NCBI GenBank assembly: GCA_963555825.3
Contig: CAUVXB020000001.1
Coordinates: forward strand, 1,280,001-1,344,000
Direction of reading: 5' to 3'
DNA from: Alphaproteobacteria bacterium
GTDB taxonomy: Bacteria > Pseudomonadota > Alphaproteobacteria > JAAXGF01
Length of the DNA stretch: 64,000 bases
Shown here: one piece after another, positions 51,113-61,427 of the stretch
Position numbering within the stretch: position 1 is the first letter of the stretch
Layout: the number at the start of each line of letters is the position of its first letter
Made by a program: the position numbers and the translations under genes
Notes under the pieces: generated by a model
Told to the model about the DNA's origin: nothing
Database searches by the model: none
The model's input: only the letters and a program-made list of their open reading frames with translations

Positions 51113-53071
51113 TCAGCCCGCCATATCGTAAAGTGCGCGCTCGCGTTCGCGATACTCGGGCGCGTAGGGCAGCCGGGTGATCGCCGCGGCCTCGGGGGTC
51201 AGCGCGACCAGGTCGTCGCGGTTGAGCTTGGTCACCGCGTCGTGGCCGAGGCCGAGCGTCAGCGCGGCGATCTGCCAGCGCACGCCCTCGAGGTAGCGGT
51301 GGATGTTGTGCGCCTCGACCTGGGGCTTGTAGCGTTTCTCGTGCTCGGGGTCCTGGGTCGCGATGCCGGTGACGCACTGGCCGACGTGGCACTGCATGCA
51401 GGCGATGCAGCCGCCGGCGATGATCGTCGCGGTGCCCATGGCGACCGCGTCGGCGCCCAGGCACAGCGCCTTGACCGCATCGATGCCGTCGCGGATGCCG
51501 CCCATCAGGACGATCTCGATCTTGTCGCGGCAATCGATCTCTTCGAGCGCGTCGAGCGCGGCGATGATCGCCGAGATCGTCGGGATGCCGACATATTCCA
51601 TGACCTCGGCGCCGCCCGCGCCGGTCGAGCCCTGCATGCCGTCGAGCTCGACGAAGTCGAAACCGTCTTTCACCGCGATCTTGATGTCGTCGTGAATGCG
51701 CCCGGCGCCCATCTTGACGCTGACCGGCAGTCTGTAGCCGGTCGCCTCACGGAATTCCTCGACCTTGATGACCAGATCGTCGGCGCCCAGGATGTCCGGG
51801 TGGCGCGACGGCGAGCGCAGGTCGATGCCGTGCGGGATGCCGCGGATGGCGGCGAGTTCCTTGGTAACCTTCTTGGCCATCAGTTGGCCGCCGAAGCCCG
51901 GCTTGGCGCCCTGTGAGATATAGATCTCGAGCCCGTCGGCGCGGTTCATGTCATGGATGTTCCAGCCCAGCCGGCCGCCCAGACACTGGAAGATGAGCTG
52001 CTTTGCGGCGCCGCGCTGGGCGTCGCTCATGCCCCCCTCGCCGGTGTTCTCGGCGATGCCCGCGAGCCCCGAGGCGATGCCGACCGCCTGCTTGGTCGAG
52101 CGCGACAGCGCACCGTAGCTCATCGGCGCGATCATCACCGGCATCGTGAGGTCGAGCGGCTTGGCGCCGTTCTTGCCGCCGATCAGCGTGTGCATCTCGA
52201 CCTTCGAGACCGGGTCGGCAATCTCGCCGATGGTCGCGAGGTCCTGCTTGAAGGCGAGGTCCGAGAGATGCGGCAACTCGCGCGCGCCGCCGTAGCCACG
52301 CACGCGGTAACGACCGATCTGCGACTTGACGTAGAGGTCCTCCTGAATCTTCGGATTCCAATAGTCCGACGCGCCAGAGAACGAGAAGAAGGGGATCGAG
52401 CGGATCGGCTCCTCGGACGTGCTGTAGCGCAGCTTCTTGCCCGCGTTGACGACCTTGCGAAAGCCGCCGTTGAACGGGATCTCGTAGCGCTCGAGGAATT
52501 CGCGCACGCTGTCCAGCTCGTCGCCCGCGATGTCGATCTCGACGGCGTCGGAGCCGAGCGAATTCAGCTTGCCGCCGAGGTAGATCTCGCCGCCGGTGAT
52601 GTCCTCGCCCAGGCGCTCGCCCGATTCGCCGACGATGATGATGCGCCCGCCGTACATCATGTAACCGGCCATGAAGTTGGCGTTGCCGGCGCAGCACAGC
52701 GTGCCCGCCTTCATCACCTGACCGGCGCGCGAGCCCATGTTGCCGCGCACGACGACCTCGGCGCCGCGGATCGCGACGCCCGGGATGGCGCCCGCGTTGC
52801 CGCCGACCACGACCGAGCCGATGTACATATTGTCGGCCAGGCCCCAGCCGACGTTGTTGTCGATCTCGAAGCGCGGGCCGTCGGTCAGTCCGGCGCAGAA
52901 GTAGCCGGCCGAGCCACGCACCCGCACGGTAATGGGATGCGTCAGGCCGACGCCGATATGGTGGCGCGCGTCGGGGTTGAGGACCTCGACGTCCTCGCCC
53001 CTGGCGCCCGCCTCACGAATCAACTCGTTGGCGTCGCGGACCGCGACGTCGGCTAGATCGATCGTGACCAT
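51113..53071 (-). CDS. GXGXG plus FMN-binding glutamate synthase family protein (GlxC/GlxD or MgsB/MgsC fusion)
   Basis: GXGXG beta-helix; MSYGALS, TGEGG, SQGAKPG.GG and C..C..CH...C..GI.TQ motifs. Confidence 0.85.
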   Translation of the reverse strand: MVTIDLADVAVRDANELIREAGARGEDVEVLNPDARHHIGVGLTHPITVRVRGSAGYFCAGLTDGPRFEIDNNVGWGLADNMYIGSVVVGGNAGAIPGVAIRGAEVVVRGNMGSRAGQVMKAGTLCCAGNANFMAGYMMYGGRIIIVGESGERLGEDITGGEIYLGGKLNSLGSDAVEIDIAGDELDSVREFLERYEIPFNGGFRKVVNAGKKLRYSTSEEPIRSIPFFSFSGASDYWNPKIQEDLYVKSQIGRYRVRGYGGARELPHLSDLAFKQDLATIGEIADPVSKVEMHTLIGGKNGAKPLDLTMPVMIAPMSYGALSRSTKQAVGIASGLAGIAENTGEGGMSDAQRGAAKQLIFQCLGGRLGWNIHDMNRADGLEIYISQGAKPGFGGQLMAKKVTKELAAIRGIPHGIDLRSPSRHPDILGADDLVIKVEEFREATGYRLPVSVKMGAGRIHDDIKIAVKDGFDFVELDGMQGSTGAGGAEVMEYVGIPTISAIIAALDALEEIDCRDKIEIVLMGGIRDGIDAVKALCLGADAVAMGTATIIAGGCIACMQCHVGQCVTGIATQDPEHEKRYKPQVEAHNIHRYLEGVRWQIAALTLGLGHDAVTKLNRDDLVALTPEAAAITRLPYAPEYRERERALYDMAG

Positions 53072-53964
53072 GTGTTGAAGCTGCCCGGCGGCGGCTCGCG
53101 CGTATCGAGCGCCTGGCCGGGGAAGAGGCGGTTGAGCGAGACTTCTTCCGAGGCGATCGCGATCAGGTCGTCGGTCTCGTACATGATCATCGGCTTGACC
53201 GCCAGGCGGTCCTTGGCGTAGCCGATCTCGTCCTTGGTCGACACCAGGAACGAGAAGGTGCCGTCGAGATCGTCGATCGAGGTTTCGAGTGCGTCCTTGA
53301 GCGCGACGCCCTGCGCCATCTTGTCGGCCAGGTAGACCGCTATCAGCTCGGAATCGTTGTCGGTGGTGAACTGGAAGCCGCGCCGCTCGAGCCTGCGGCG
53401 CATCTTCCAGTAGTTGGTGATCTGACCGTTGTGGACGATCGCGACGTCCGAGAAGCCGGTCGCCCAGAACGGGTGCGCGGCCTCGGGCTTGACGTCGGAT
53501 TCGGTCGCCAGCCGGACATGGCCAAGCCCGTGGGTGCCGTCGAAATCGTGCACGTCGAAGGTGGCGTCGACGTCGTGCGCGCTGCCGACGTCCTTGACGA
53601 TCTCGAGGCTCTCGCCGATCGAGATCACCTTGGCGGCGTGCTCGATGGCGTAGGCGAACTTCTGCACATCGCCCGCCACCTCGACGACGGCGCGGTAGTT
53701 GTTGCCGATCTGCTGGTCCTCGACGATCGCGGCGCCGAGCGTGGCCAGCGTCTCGCGGATACGGCCGATCGAATCGCCCGCCTCGTTGCCCTCGCCGACG
53801 AAGAAGCGCAGCTTGAGGCGGCCGCCCTCGGCCTCACCGTAGAGTGCGAAGCCGGTCGAATCGGGGCCGCGGTGCTGGCAGCCGTCGAGCATGTCGACCA
53901 GCGCCTGGCCGGTCGAAATCTCCATGCCGCCGTGTTTGAGCATGATGCCGGCAATGCCGCACAT
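53053..53964 (-). CDS. Class II glutamine amidotransferase (GlxB/MgsA-like)
   Basis: MCGIAG N-terminal Cys; HRG.DS.G, GH.R.AT and HNG.I.N motifs. Confidence 0.88.
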   Translation of the reverse strand: MCGIAGIMLKHGGMEISTGQALVDMLDGCQHRGPDSTGFALYGEAEGGRLKLRFFVGEGNEAGDSIGRIRETLATLGAAIVEDQQIGNNYRAVVEVAGDVQKFAYAIEHAAKVISIGESLEIVKDVGSAHDVDATFDVHDFDGTHGLGHVRLATESDVKPEAAHPFWATGFSDVAIVHNGQITNYWKMRRRLERRGFQFTTDNDSELIAVYLADKMAQGVALKDALETSIDDLDGTFSFLVSTKDEIGYAKDRLAVKPMIMYETDDLIAIASEEVSLNRLFPGQALDTREPPPGSFNTWSRSI

Positions 53965-54098
53965 GGCCTGTTCCTCGCGCCGATTGTCGGGGCCGTTTCC
54001 CGGTCCCCAAGCTAGTGCCGAGCAACCTATCACGCAATCCCTTCCGAGGAAACTTTTTTTCCGCTCAGGAATTACGAAAGATTGTCAGGAATCGCCCC

Positions 54099-55082
54099 TC
54101 AATACGACTCGCCCAATCTCAGATAGTCGTAGCGGTCGGCCGAGTGGACGGTGACTTCGCTGATCTCTCCGTCGTGGACGATGGCGAGCGGCACTTCGAC
54201 GCCGGCGGGCCCGAGCGCCCAGATGGCGCGGAACATGTCGCGCATGGTCGTCACCGCCCGGCCGTCGACGCCGATCACGACATCGCCCGCGACGATGCCG
54301 GCCTCGGCCGCCGGGCTCTCGTCGGCGACCTGGACGACGAAGACGTGGCCGCGCTGATCGTTGGTGAACATGCCGATCCAGGGCGTCGGCGGCCCGGCCG
54401 CGCGGCCGTCGTCGATGAGGTCGGCGAGGACCGGCTTCAACAGGTCGATCGGTACGAACATGTTGCCGGGCATGGGCGGGCCGTCCTCAAGCGCGTGGCC
54501 GACCATCAGCGAGCCGATGCCGAGCAGCTTGCCGTCGGGGCCGATCAGCGCGGCGCCGCCGTATTCGCGGTGCGGCGGCGCGGTGAAGATGGCGCGCTCC
54601 AGGAGGTATTCCCACGAGCCGGCGAAGGGGCGACGCGAGACGACGATGGCGCGCACCGCGTCGCGCACCCCCGAGTAGCTCGCCACCAGCACCCGGTCGC
54701 GCCGCTCAAGCGACGCCGACGAGCCGAGCTCGAGCGGCGCGATATCGAGCGGCGCTTGCGCGCGCACCAAGCCGAAGCCGGTCGCGTCGTCGTACGCGAC
54801 CACGGTCGCCGCGACGCGCCGGTCGTCGGTCGTGATCTTGACCGCGTCGGCCTCGAGAATCAGGTAGCCGATGGTCAGCACCAGCCCGTCGTCGTCGATC
54901 ACCACGCCCGAGCCCGAACGCATCGTGCCCAGGCTGCCGGCGGTGCGCGCGCTATCCAGCACCTCGGCCTCGATATGCACCACCGCGGCGAAGAAATCGG
55001 CGTTCTGGGCGCGCGCCGGCACCGGCAGCGTGGCAATTGCCAACAGGATTATCGGTATGGCCAAGCGGCAGAGGCGGATCAT
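54099..55082 (-). CDS. S1C trypsin-like protease family protein with PDZ domain
   Basis: GSG.VI, GG.L....G.L.GI and SPA..AG...GD motifs; canonical His/Ser appear replaced. Confidence 0.8.
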   Translation of the reverse strand: MIRLCRLAIPIILLAIATLPVPARAQNADFFAAVVHIEAEVLDSARTAGSLGTMRSGSGVVIDDDGLVLTIGYLILEADAVKITTDDRRVAATVVAYDDATGFGLVRAQAPLDIAPLELGSSASLERRDRVLVASYSGVRDAVRAIVVSRRPFAGSWEYLLERAIFTAPPHREYGGAALIGPDGKLLGIGSLMVGHALEDGPPMPGNMFVPIDLLKPVLADLIDDGRAAGPPTPWIGMFTNDQRGHVFVVQVADESPAAEAGIVAGDVVIGVDGRAVTTMRDMFRAIWALGPAGVEVPLAIVHDGEISEVTVHSADRYDYLRLGESY

Positions 55083-55148
55083 CGATCGGTCCCCTTACGG
55101 CGGGACGCGGGCCCGCCCCTTAAGCGACATAGCGCGCCGCCATTGTAA

Positions 55149-55428
55149 TACCAAGGATCAGTTATAAAGACCCCTAGAGACGGCTTGCCGTGGTTCTCGG
55201 CTAGGCGCGCCCGTCGCGGCGATGCAGCGCATCGCGAGACGGGCGGAACGACGTCCGCCAGTCTGATAGCGGGCGAGAGCCTCGGCAAGCCGCCCTTCGG
55301 GTCGCGGCCGCTTATCGCCGGAGGGCGCCAAGTTGCCTAGCCGATGCGCTGCATCGCCCGCGGCTGCCTTGCCTCACCGGCGAAAAGCGGACGCGATCTC
55401 TAGGGGCCTTTATAACTGATCCTTGGTA
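55149..55428. mobile_element. ~280-bp MITE with IS630-like ends
   Basis: ~32-bp TIR TACCAAGGATCAGTTATAAAG.CCCCTAGAGA; internal CGATGCAGCGCATCG palindromes; abuts IS630 copy 2. Confidence 0.82.
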
Positions 55429-55431
55429 TGA

Positions 55432-56605
55432 TACCGCATCCGGCTGATCAGTTCGGATAGATGGTTTTGGGCCACCAGTGGAAGTCGATACGCCCCTTGA
55501 AGAGTTCGGGATTGGCATCGAGAGTGAGGCAGCGCCGGGCGACGACGGCGTCGAGTTCCTCGATGGTCTCGAAGTGTCTGTTTGCGACCGGCTCGTCGAG
55601 TACGGGCCAGAGACATTCGGCCGGTTGCAGCTGGGGCGTATAGGGCGGCAAGTAGACGAGGTGGAGGCCTTCCGGCACCGTGAGGTTCGGCGCCGTGTGC
55701 CACCCGGCGCCGTCGATCACCAGGATGATGATGCGGCTCTGCCCAGCGCCGGCCTCGCGGGCGAAGAGGGCGAGCAGCTTCTCGAAGAATGGCTTGGAGA
55801 CACAATTGGAGATGTACCAAAAGGTCTCTCCGCTGGTCGGCGAGACGAGGGCGGTGACGTAGAGCCATTTGAAGCGGTGGTGGCCGAGCGCCACCGGGCG
55901 CATCCCGCGCGGCGCCCAGCAGCGCCGGGCCAATGGCTTCAGACCGAGCCGGTGTTCGTCGCTGGCGAAGACTTCGATCGGCGTGCCGGGGTGGCGCTCG
56001 GCTTCTTCCGCGACCAGGCGGTGAAGTTTTTTTTAAACGCCTGGCGTTCTTCCTCGCTCGCCGCCCCGGGGTTGTTCGGCCTGGGCACCTGCAAACTCCA
56101 CTCGACTGCCTTCAGCGCCTCCCAGCCCCGTTGCGGCGCCACCGTCTCCAAGCCCAGTTCGCCCGCCATCCAAGCCGCCACCTTCGGCCCAGACCACAAG
56201 CCGCCGTCCGCCGGCGGCTTTTTCAGGCGCTCTTTCAACACCGCCAGGACTTCCGGCTTCAGGATCGTCGCCTCGGAGCCGTTCGAGCGTCGACGATCGC
56301 CCAGCGACGACGGGCCGAGCTTGTTGTAGCGAGAAAGCAATTGTTCGAGCCAGCGTTGGCCGAAACTCGTCATCTCCGACACTTCGCGAACCGTATGGCC
56401 TTTGGCCAAAAGCCAGATCACCTGGAAGTGCCGCGCCTCCGTCGCCTCCGACGCCGAGCGATACCGTCCCTCCAACTCAGAAAGCTGCAAATGTTCCTCG
56501 ACATGCGCCATGTCCCGCCCCTCCGCGAATCATGACTACGGATCCTAACCCTTTCCGATTCCAACGGGAATCCGTCGCAACCGAATCATTCAGGCGGAGT
56601 CGGTA
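55432..56605 (-). mobile_element. IS630-family IS, copy 2 (orfA 55939-56511, orfB to 55448)
   Basis: Same proteins as copy 1; flanked by TGA on both sides. Confidence 0.92.
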
Positions 56606-56668
56606 TGAGACCAGTCGGCGTGGCCGGTGGGCAAAATGTCGGCACTTGGGCGATAATGGCTGGAACCG

Positions 56669-57550
56669 ATGACGGAGGACCATGCCATGGCCAAGCGACG
56701 CGTGCTGGTGACCGGCGCGGCGGGCACGATCTCTGGGCAGCTCCTGCCCGCCTTCCGCGAGCGCTACGATCTGGTGCTGCTCGACCGCGACGATAGCGAC
56801 GGCATCCGCGGCGCCGACCTGACCGATCCGGACGTCGACGCCTACCGCGAACACTTCCGGGGCGTCGACGCGATTGTCCACAACGGCTTCCAGTGGCGTC
56901 CCGAGGGCCGCACCGCGGCGCCGCTGCAGTGGCTCGACGACCAGCCGCCGGGCGCGCCGGACGGCTACTACACAGAGCGCGGCAACGTCGACATGGTGTT
57001 CCACGTCATGAAGCTGGCACTAGAGGAAAATGTCCGCCGCGTCGTCGTCACCAGCTCGAACCACGCCTGCGACTGGTACGAGACCAAGCTGCACCGGGGC
57101 GCCATGGACATGGTCTACCCCGACAGCTATCCGCTCTCGAACAACTTCTACGGCTGGGCCAAGGCGACCTACGAGCACCTCGGCTTCGTCTTCGCCACCG
57201 GGCGCTTCGGGCGCGCGGTCGAGAACGTCCACATCCGGATCGGCGCGCCGCGCCCGATCGTGGGCGCGGACTTGGCCGACAATCAGACAAGCTACCGGCG
57301 CGACCTCGGCGCCTACATCAGCCCGCGAGACGTACAGCAGCTCTACGTCAAGTCGATCGAAACGGAAGATATCGGCAACGGGGACGGCGTCCCCTTCCAA
57401 GTGTTCTACGGCATCTCGAACAACGCCCGCGCCTTCTGGTCGATCGCCAACGCGCGGCGGATCATCGACTACGCGCCCGAGGACGATTCCGAGCTCTTGT
57501 ACGCCGACGACATCCGCCAACACTTGATGGCGCCGGGAAGGACAGGTTAA
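56669..57550 (+). CDS. NAD-dependent epimerase/dehydratase (extended SDR)
   Basis: TGAAG.I, SSNHA and YG..K motifs. Confidence 0.85.
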   Translation: MTEDHAMAKRRVLVTGAAGTISGQLLPAFRERYDLVLLDRDDSDGIRGADLTDPDVDAYREHFRGVDAIVHNGFQWRPEGRTAAPLQWLDDQPPGAPDGYYTERGNVDMVFHVMKLALEENVRRVVVTSSNHACDWYETKLHRGAMDMVYPDSYPLSNNFYGWAKATYEHLGFVFATGRFGRAVENVHIRIGAPRPIVGADLADNQTSYRRDLGAYISPRDVQQLYVKSIETEDIGNGDGVPFQVFYGISNNARAFWSIANARRIIDYAPEDDSELLYADDIRQHLMAPGRTG

Positions 57551-57562
57551 TGGATCGCGGCC

Positions 57563-59962
57563 CTAGTAACTCTTGCCGCCGGTCTTGAGGTTCAGCACCC
57601 GATAGGTCGCGCCGTCGATTCTTACCGTGTAGACGCCGCTGGCCGAACCCGACTTCTGCGCGCCGTCGAGGCGCCACCGGAAGCCGACATCGAGCGTCAC
57701 GATGTCGCCCGCCACGCGGGTCACCACGATCTTGCCGAACGAGTCGATCAGGGCCTGCGAGGTGCCGCCGGCGGCGCCGCCCTCGCGCTTGAAGATGCCC
57801 GCCTTCTTGTAGTGGTCCTTCATCGCCTTGTGCAGGGCCTTGTCGGTCACCAGCTTTTCCTTGTCGATGACGACGGCCGCTTTCGGCGGCGGCGTGGCCA
57901 GCGCGGTCTGAACCTCGGCGGCGGCGGCCGCCGCCTGACGCTCGGCCTCGGCCTTCGCCGCCGCTTGGCGCTCGGCTTCCTGGCGCCGGGTTTCCGCCTC
58001 GGCGGCGAGGCGCTCGGCCTCGAGGCGCACGGCTTCCCGACGTTCGGCCTCTCGAATGGCGCCGAGCCGGGTCTGCGCCAAATCGGCGAAGTGGCCGTCC
58101 GGAAAACGCCGGAGATAGGCCTCGAGGTCCGCCGGCCGCGTCGAATCCTTGACCGATTCCCAAAACGCGATATCGAGATCGGTTGTGGCCGGCGCGGTCT
58201 CGGGCGCCGGCGCCGGTGCCGCTTCAGGCGGCGCCAACGCCGCCAGCGCGGTGCGTTTGGCGCGCGCGCGCGGCGCGAAATGACCGCTCGGGAAGCCGCC
58301 GAGGAAGGCTTCGAAATCGCTGTCGTCGGACGAGCCCGCGATCGATTGCCAGGCGGCAATTTCCGCCGGATCGACCTCGGTGACCAGCGAGCCGAAGACG
58401 AAGGCCGTTCGGCCAGCCTGCTCGACACGGTACCAATTGCCGTCGGCGAGCTTGCCGGTCACGGCGACGGCGGCGTCGCGTTCGAGCCGCCCGACCCGCT
58501 CGGCGGCGGTCGTCGGTTCGGCGCGCAGGTTGGCGGTCTTGAGCGCGACGAATGTCGCGTCCAATTCATCGATCGCGATGGCCGACACGGGCGGCGGGGC
58601 GACCGCTGCGGTTTGCGTCTCGCCGCCGAGCTGTTTGAGTTTGAGACGCGCCAGCGCAGCGAATTTGCCGTTGGGATATTCTGACAGATAGACCTCGAAG
58701 CTCGCCGGATCCTTGCTGTCCCTGACGGTCTGCCAAAAGACCGTTTCCTGTTCGAGCGTCGCGGCCGCGTCGCCTGACCGCCCGGTCTCGACCGGCGCCA
58801 GCGCAGGCGCCGTCGCTGCTGGCTCGGAGGCCTCGACGTTGACCGCGAGGTTGATCACCAGTGGCACGAAGATGAAGTCGCCGCCGTCGTGGCCCGCCTT
58901 GCGTACGTCGGCGTATTCGGGCGTCTGGTCGGCGTTGACGACGATCGGCCGCTTGATGGCGTCGAACAGCGACTGGCCGTCGAGCACCCGGGTGTTGTCG
59001 CGCAGGGTCTCGAGGAACGCCTTGGCGAAGACCGAATATTGACCGCCGCCGGCATCGAGCACCGGCTCCAGCCCGCCCGAGGTGAGCGCCGTGCGCGAGC
59101 GCCGCGACGCCATCCGTTCGAGCCACGCCGAACGCTCGCTGCCGGTCTTCAATTGTGCCTCGACGTTGCGTGTCAGCTTGCCCGAATAGCAGCTGTCGGC
59201 GACGACCATGACATGCTTGGCGCGCATCGCGCGAAGCTGGCCGGTGATGTTGTTGTTCGAGATCCAGTTGACCGGGTTGTCCGGCTCGGCGTCGACCGGC
59301 AGCCAAAAGCCCTCGTCCGAACCGACGTCCAGGCTGCCGTGGCCGGCGTAATAGATCAGCAAGTTGTCCTTCTCGGTCAGCTGTGCGCGCTTGTGCGCCA
59401 GGGCCGAGATGATGTCGTAGCGGGTCGCGTCGATCAGCGTCTCGACGTTGAAGCCGTAAACTTCGATGAGCATGGCGGCGACCGCCTCGGCATCGCTCAC
59501 GGCCATCTTGAGATCGGACAGGTGCTGGTAGTCGTTGTTGCCGATGACGAGTGCGTGGAAGTTGCCGAACTCGGTCACCGCGGCCTGGGCGGCGGTGCGC
59601 CGCACGAAGACCTTATGCTCGGCTTTGTCGCCGTACGAACCCTCGACGACCAGCACGAGCTTGCTGCGGCCGACCGGCACCTGGCGGCGGATACGGAACG
59701 TGCCGTCGGAGGCCAGCGTGACCGGCGTGCCGTTGACCGACAGCGTCATCTCGCCCGGCGCCATGGCGCGACCGGTGAAGTCGACGGTCTCCTGGTCGGT
59801 GTCGATGCGCTTGGGGGCGTCGATCGCGGCGAGGCTCGACTGGGCGACGCGCAGCACCGCGCCGCCGCGATCCGCGACACCGAAGACCGCGCCATCGGCT
59901 TGAGGCCCGGCCCACGCGGGGCCGCCCAGCATCAGCGCGGCGATGAGCACGAGACATCTCAT
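57563..59962 (-). CDS. Secreted caspase-like (C14) protein with Ig-like, SH3 and repeated helical domains
   Basis: ALVIGN..Y, YYAGHG and DSCYSG motifs; NLR.EP SH3b; three W....S......Y/FL..F/YP.G.FA repeats. Confidence 0.85.
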   Translation of the reverse strand: MRCLVLIAALMLGGPAWAGPQADGAVFGVADRGGAVLRVAQSSLAAIDAPKRIDTDQETVDFTGRAMAPGEMTLSVNGTPVTLASDGTFRIRRQVPVGRSKLVLVVEGSYGDKAEHKVFVRRTAAQAAVTEFGNFHALVIGNNDYQHLSDLKMAVSDAEAVAAMLIEVYGFNVETLIDATRYDIISALAHKRAQLTEKDNLLIYYAGHGSLDVGSDEGFWLPVDAEPDNPVNWISNNNITGQLRAMRAKHVMVVADSCYSGKLTRNVEAQLKTGSERSAWLERMASRRSRTALTSGGLEPVLDAGGGQYSVFAKAFLETLRDNTRVLDGQSLFDAIKRPIVVNADQTPEYADVRKAGHDGGDFIFVPLVINLAVNVEASEPAATAPALAPVETGRSGDAAATLEQETVFWQTVRDSKDPASFEVYLSEYPNGKFAALARLKLKQLGGETQTAAVAPPPVSAIAIDELDATFVALKTANLRAEPTTAAERVGRLERDAAVAVTGKLADGNWYRVEQAGRTAFVFGSLVTEVDPAEIAAWQSIAGSSDDSDFEAFLGGFPSGHFAPRARAKRTALAALAPPEAAPAPAPETAPATTDLDIAFWESVKDSTRPADLEAYLRRFPDGHFADLAQTRLGAIREAERREAVRLEAERLAAEAETRRQEAERQAAAKAEAERQAAAAAAEVQTALATPPPKAAVVIDKEKLVTDKALHKAMKDHYKKAGIFKREGGAAGGTSQALIDSFGKIVVTRVAGDIVTLDVGFRWRLDGAQKSGSASGVYTVRIDGATYRVLNLKTGGKSY

Positions 59963-60133
59963 TACGCTATCTCCCCTGTTGCGCTATGCTATGCGCCTTG
60001 CGGCCCCATGAAAAGCCCGTCGCCGAGGCGCCCTCGGCGGTTGCATCCGAGGCGTCGAGCCGCCAAGATCGCCTGACAGATGTCGACACACTGGCGCCAA
60101 GGGCCGTCGGCCCGGTGCCAACGGGGATTCGCC

Positions 60134-61270
60134 ATGTCCGGTGACAACGTCGCGCGTCCGACCTTCGACAAGCCGCTGACCGACGACGCGGTGCGCTCGT
60201 ACACGCTGCCGGCGCGCTATTACACCGATGCCGCGGTCATCGAGCGCGAGAAAGAGGCAATCTTCTACCGCAACTGGGCCTATATCGGGCATCAGAGCCA
60301 GTTCACCGAACCCGGCGATTACGTCTGCGACGTCGTGATCGACCAGCCGGTTTTGGTCATCCGCGGCAAGGATGGTGAATTGCGCGGCTTCTACAACGTG
60401 TGCCAGCACCGCGCCCATCTCCTGCTCAAGGAGGGCGCCGGCAATCGCAAGGTCATCACCTGTCCCTATCACGCCTGGTCGTATCACGCCGACGGGCGCC
60501 TGCGCAGCGCGCGCAACTGCGAGACCGTTCCGGACTTCGACAAGGCGGAATTCAGCCTGGTGCCGATCCGCATCGAGATCTTCGCCGGCTTCGTCTTCGT
60601 CAACCTCGACGACGACGCGCCGCCGCTCGCCAGCCAGGCGCCCGAGCTTGCCGAGGATCTGGCGCACTACGTGCCACGGTTCGACGAGCTGGTCGTCACC
60701 GACGTATCCGAATTCGCCGGCCCGAAGGCCGATTGGAAGGTAGTCGTCGACAACTACCTCGAGTGCTATCACTGCACGCCGGCACACGTGGCCTTCGCCG
60801 ACATGATCGACATGGATGCGTACCGGGTCGACACTTGGCGCATTCATTCACGCCAACTCGGGCCGGTGACCAAGCCCGAGAACGCGGCTTATGACTTCGA
60901 CGCCGACGACCCGGTCCAAAATAGCGCGTTCTGGTATCTGTGGCCGACGACGACGTTCAACCTGCTGCCCGGCGAGCTTGCCCTGAACGTGGTCACCTTC
61001 GTGCCCGGCGAGACGCCGGGCACGACGACCGGCAAGGTCGTCACCCTGGGACTGCCTGGCGACGGCCGGGAAACCGGCGCGCGCAACGACTATCTCGTCA
61101 ACGTGCTGATGCCGGAAGACCAGGCGCTCTGCGAATCGGTACAGCGCGGCCTGCATTCGCGCGGCTATCGGCAGGGCAAGTTCATCGTCGACAAGGAGTA
61201 CAGCGGCATTGGCGAACACGCTGTCCATCATTTTCACAGGCTGGTGAAGCACGCGCTGGACAGCGATTAG
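60134..61270 (+). CDS. Rieske oxygenase alpha subunit (choline/carnitine monooxygenase-like)
   Basis: C.HR...CPYH.W Rieske motif; ECYHC..AH mononuclear Fe site. Confidence 0.88.
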   Translation: MSGDNVARPTFDKPLTDDAVRSYTLPARYYTDAAVIEREKEAIFYRNWAYIGHQSQFTEPGDYVCDVVIDQPVLVIRGKDGELRGFYNVCQHRAHLLLKEGAGNRKVITCPYHAWSYHADGRLRSARNCETVPDFDKAEFSLVPIRIEIFAGFVFVNLDDDAPPLASQAPELAEDLAHYVPRFDELVVTDVSEFAGPKADWKVVVDNYLECYHCTPAHVAFADMIDMDAYRVDTWRIHSRQLGPVTKPENAAYDFDADDPVQNSAFWYLWPTTTFNLLPGELALNVVTFVPGETPGTTTGKVVTLGLPGDGRETGARNDYLVNVLMPEDQALCESVQRGLHSRGYRQGKFIVDKEYSGIGEHAVHHFHRLVKHALDSD

Positions 61271-61427
61271 CCGGCAATCGCCGCGCCGGACGAGGCCGTC
61301 CGAATCAAGTTCGGACGCAGCGCGAGAGACACGGTTGAAGCGCGCGGCCATCCGGGCCACAATGGGGTCCAATATTGCGGCCAATGGGGAGCAACGGGTC
61401 GCCGTCCAACCTCGAAGGAGGGAGCAA

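Noticed and set aside
2887-60076. Many long antisense or alternate-frame ORFs (e.g. 2887-4608, 31357-33339, 37857-40067, 48344-50458)
   Set aside because: Shadow ORFs expected in high-GC DNA; they overlap well-supported genes and show no recognisable motifs.
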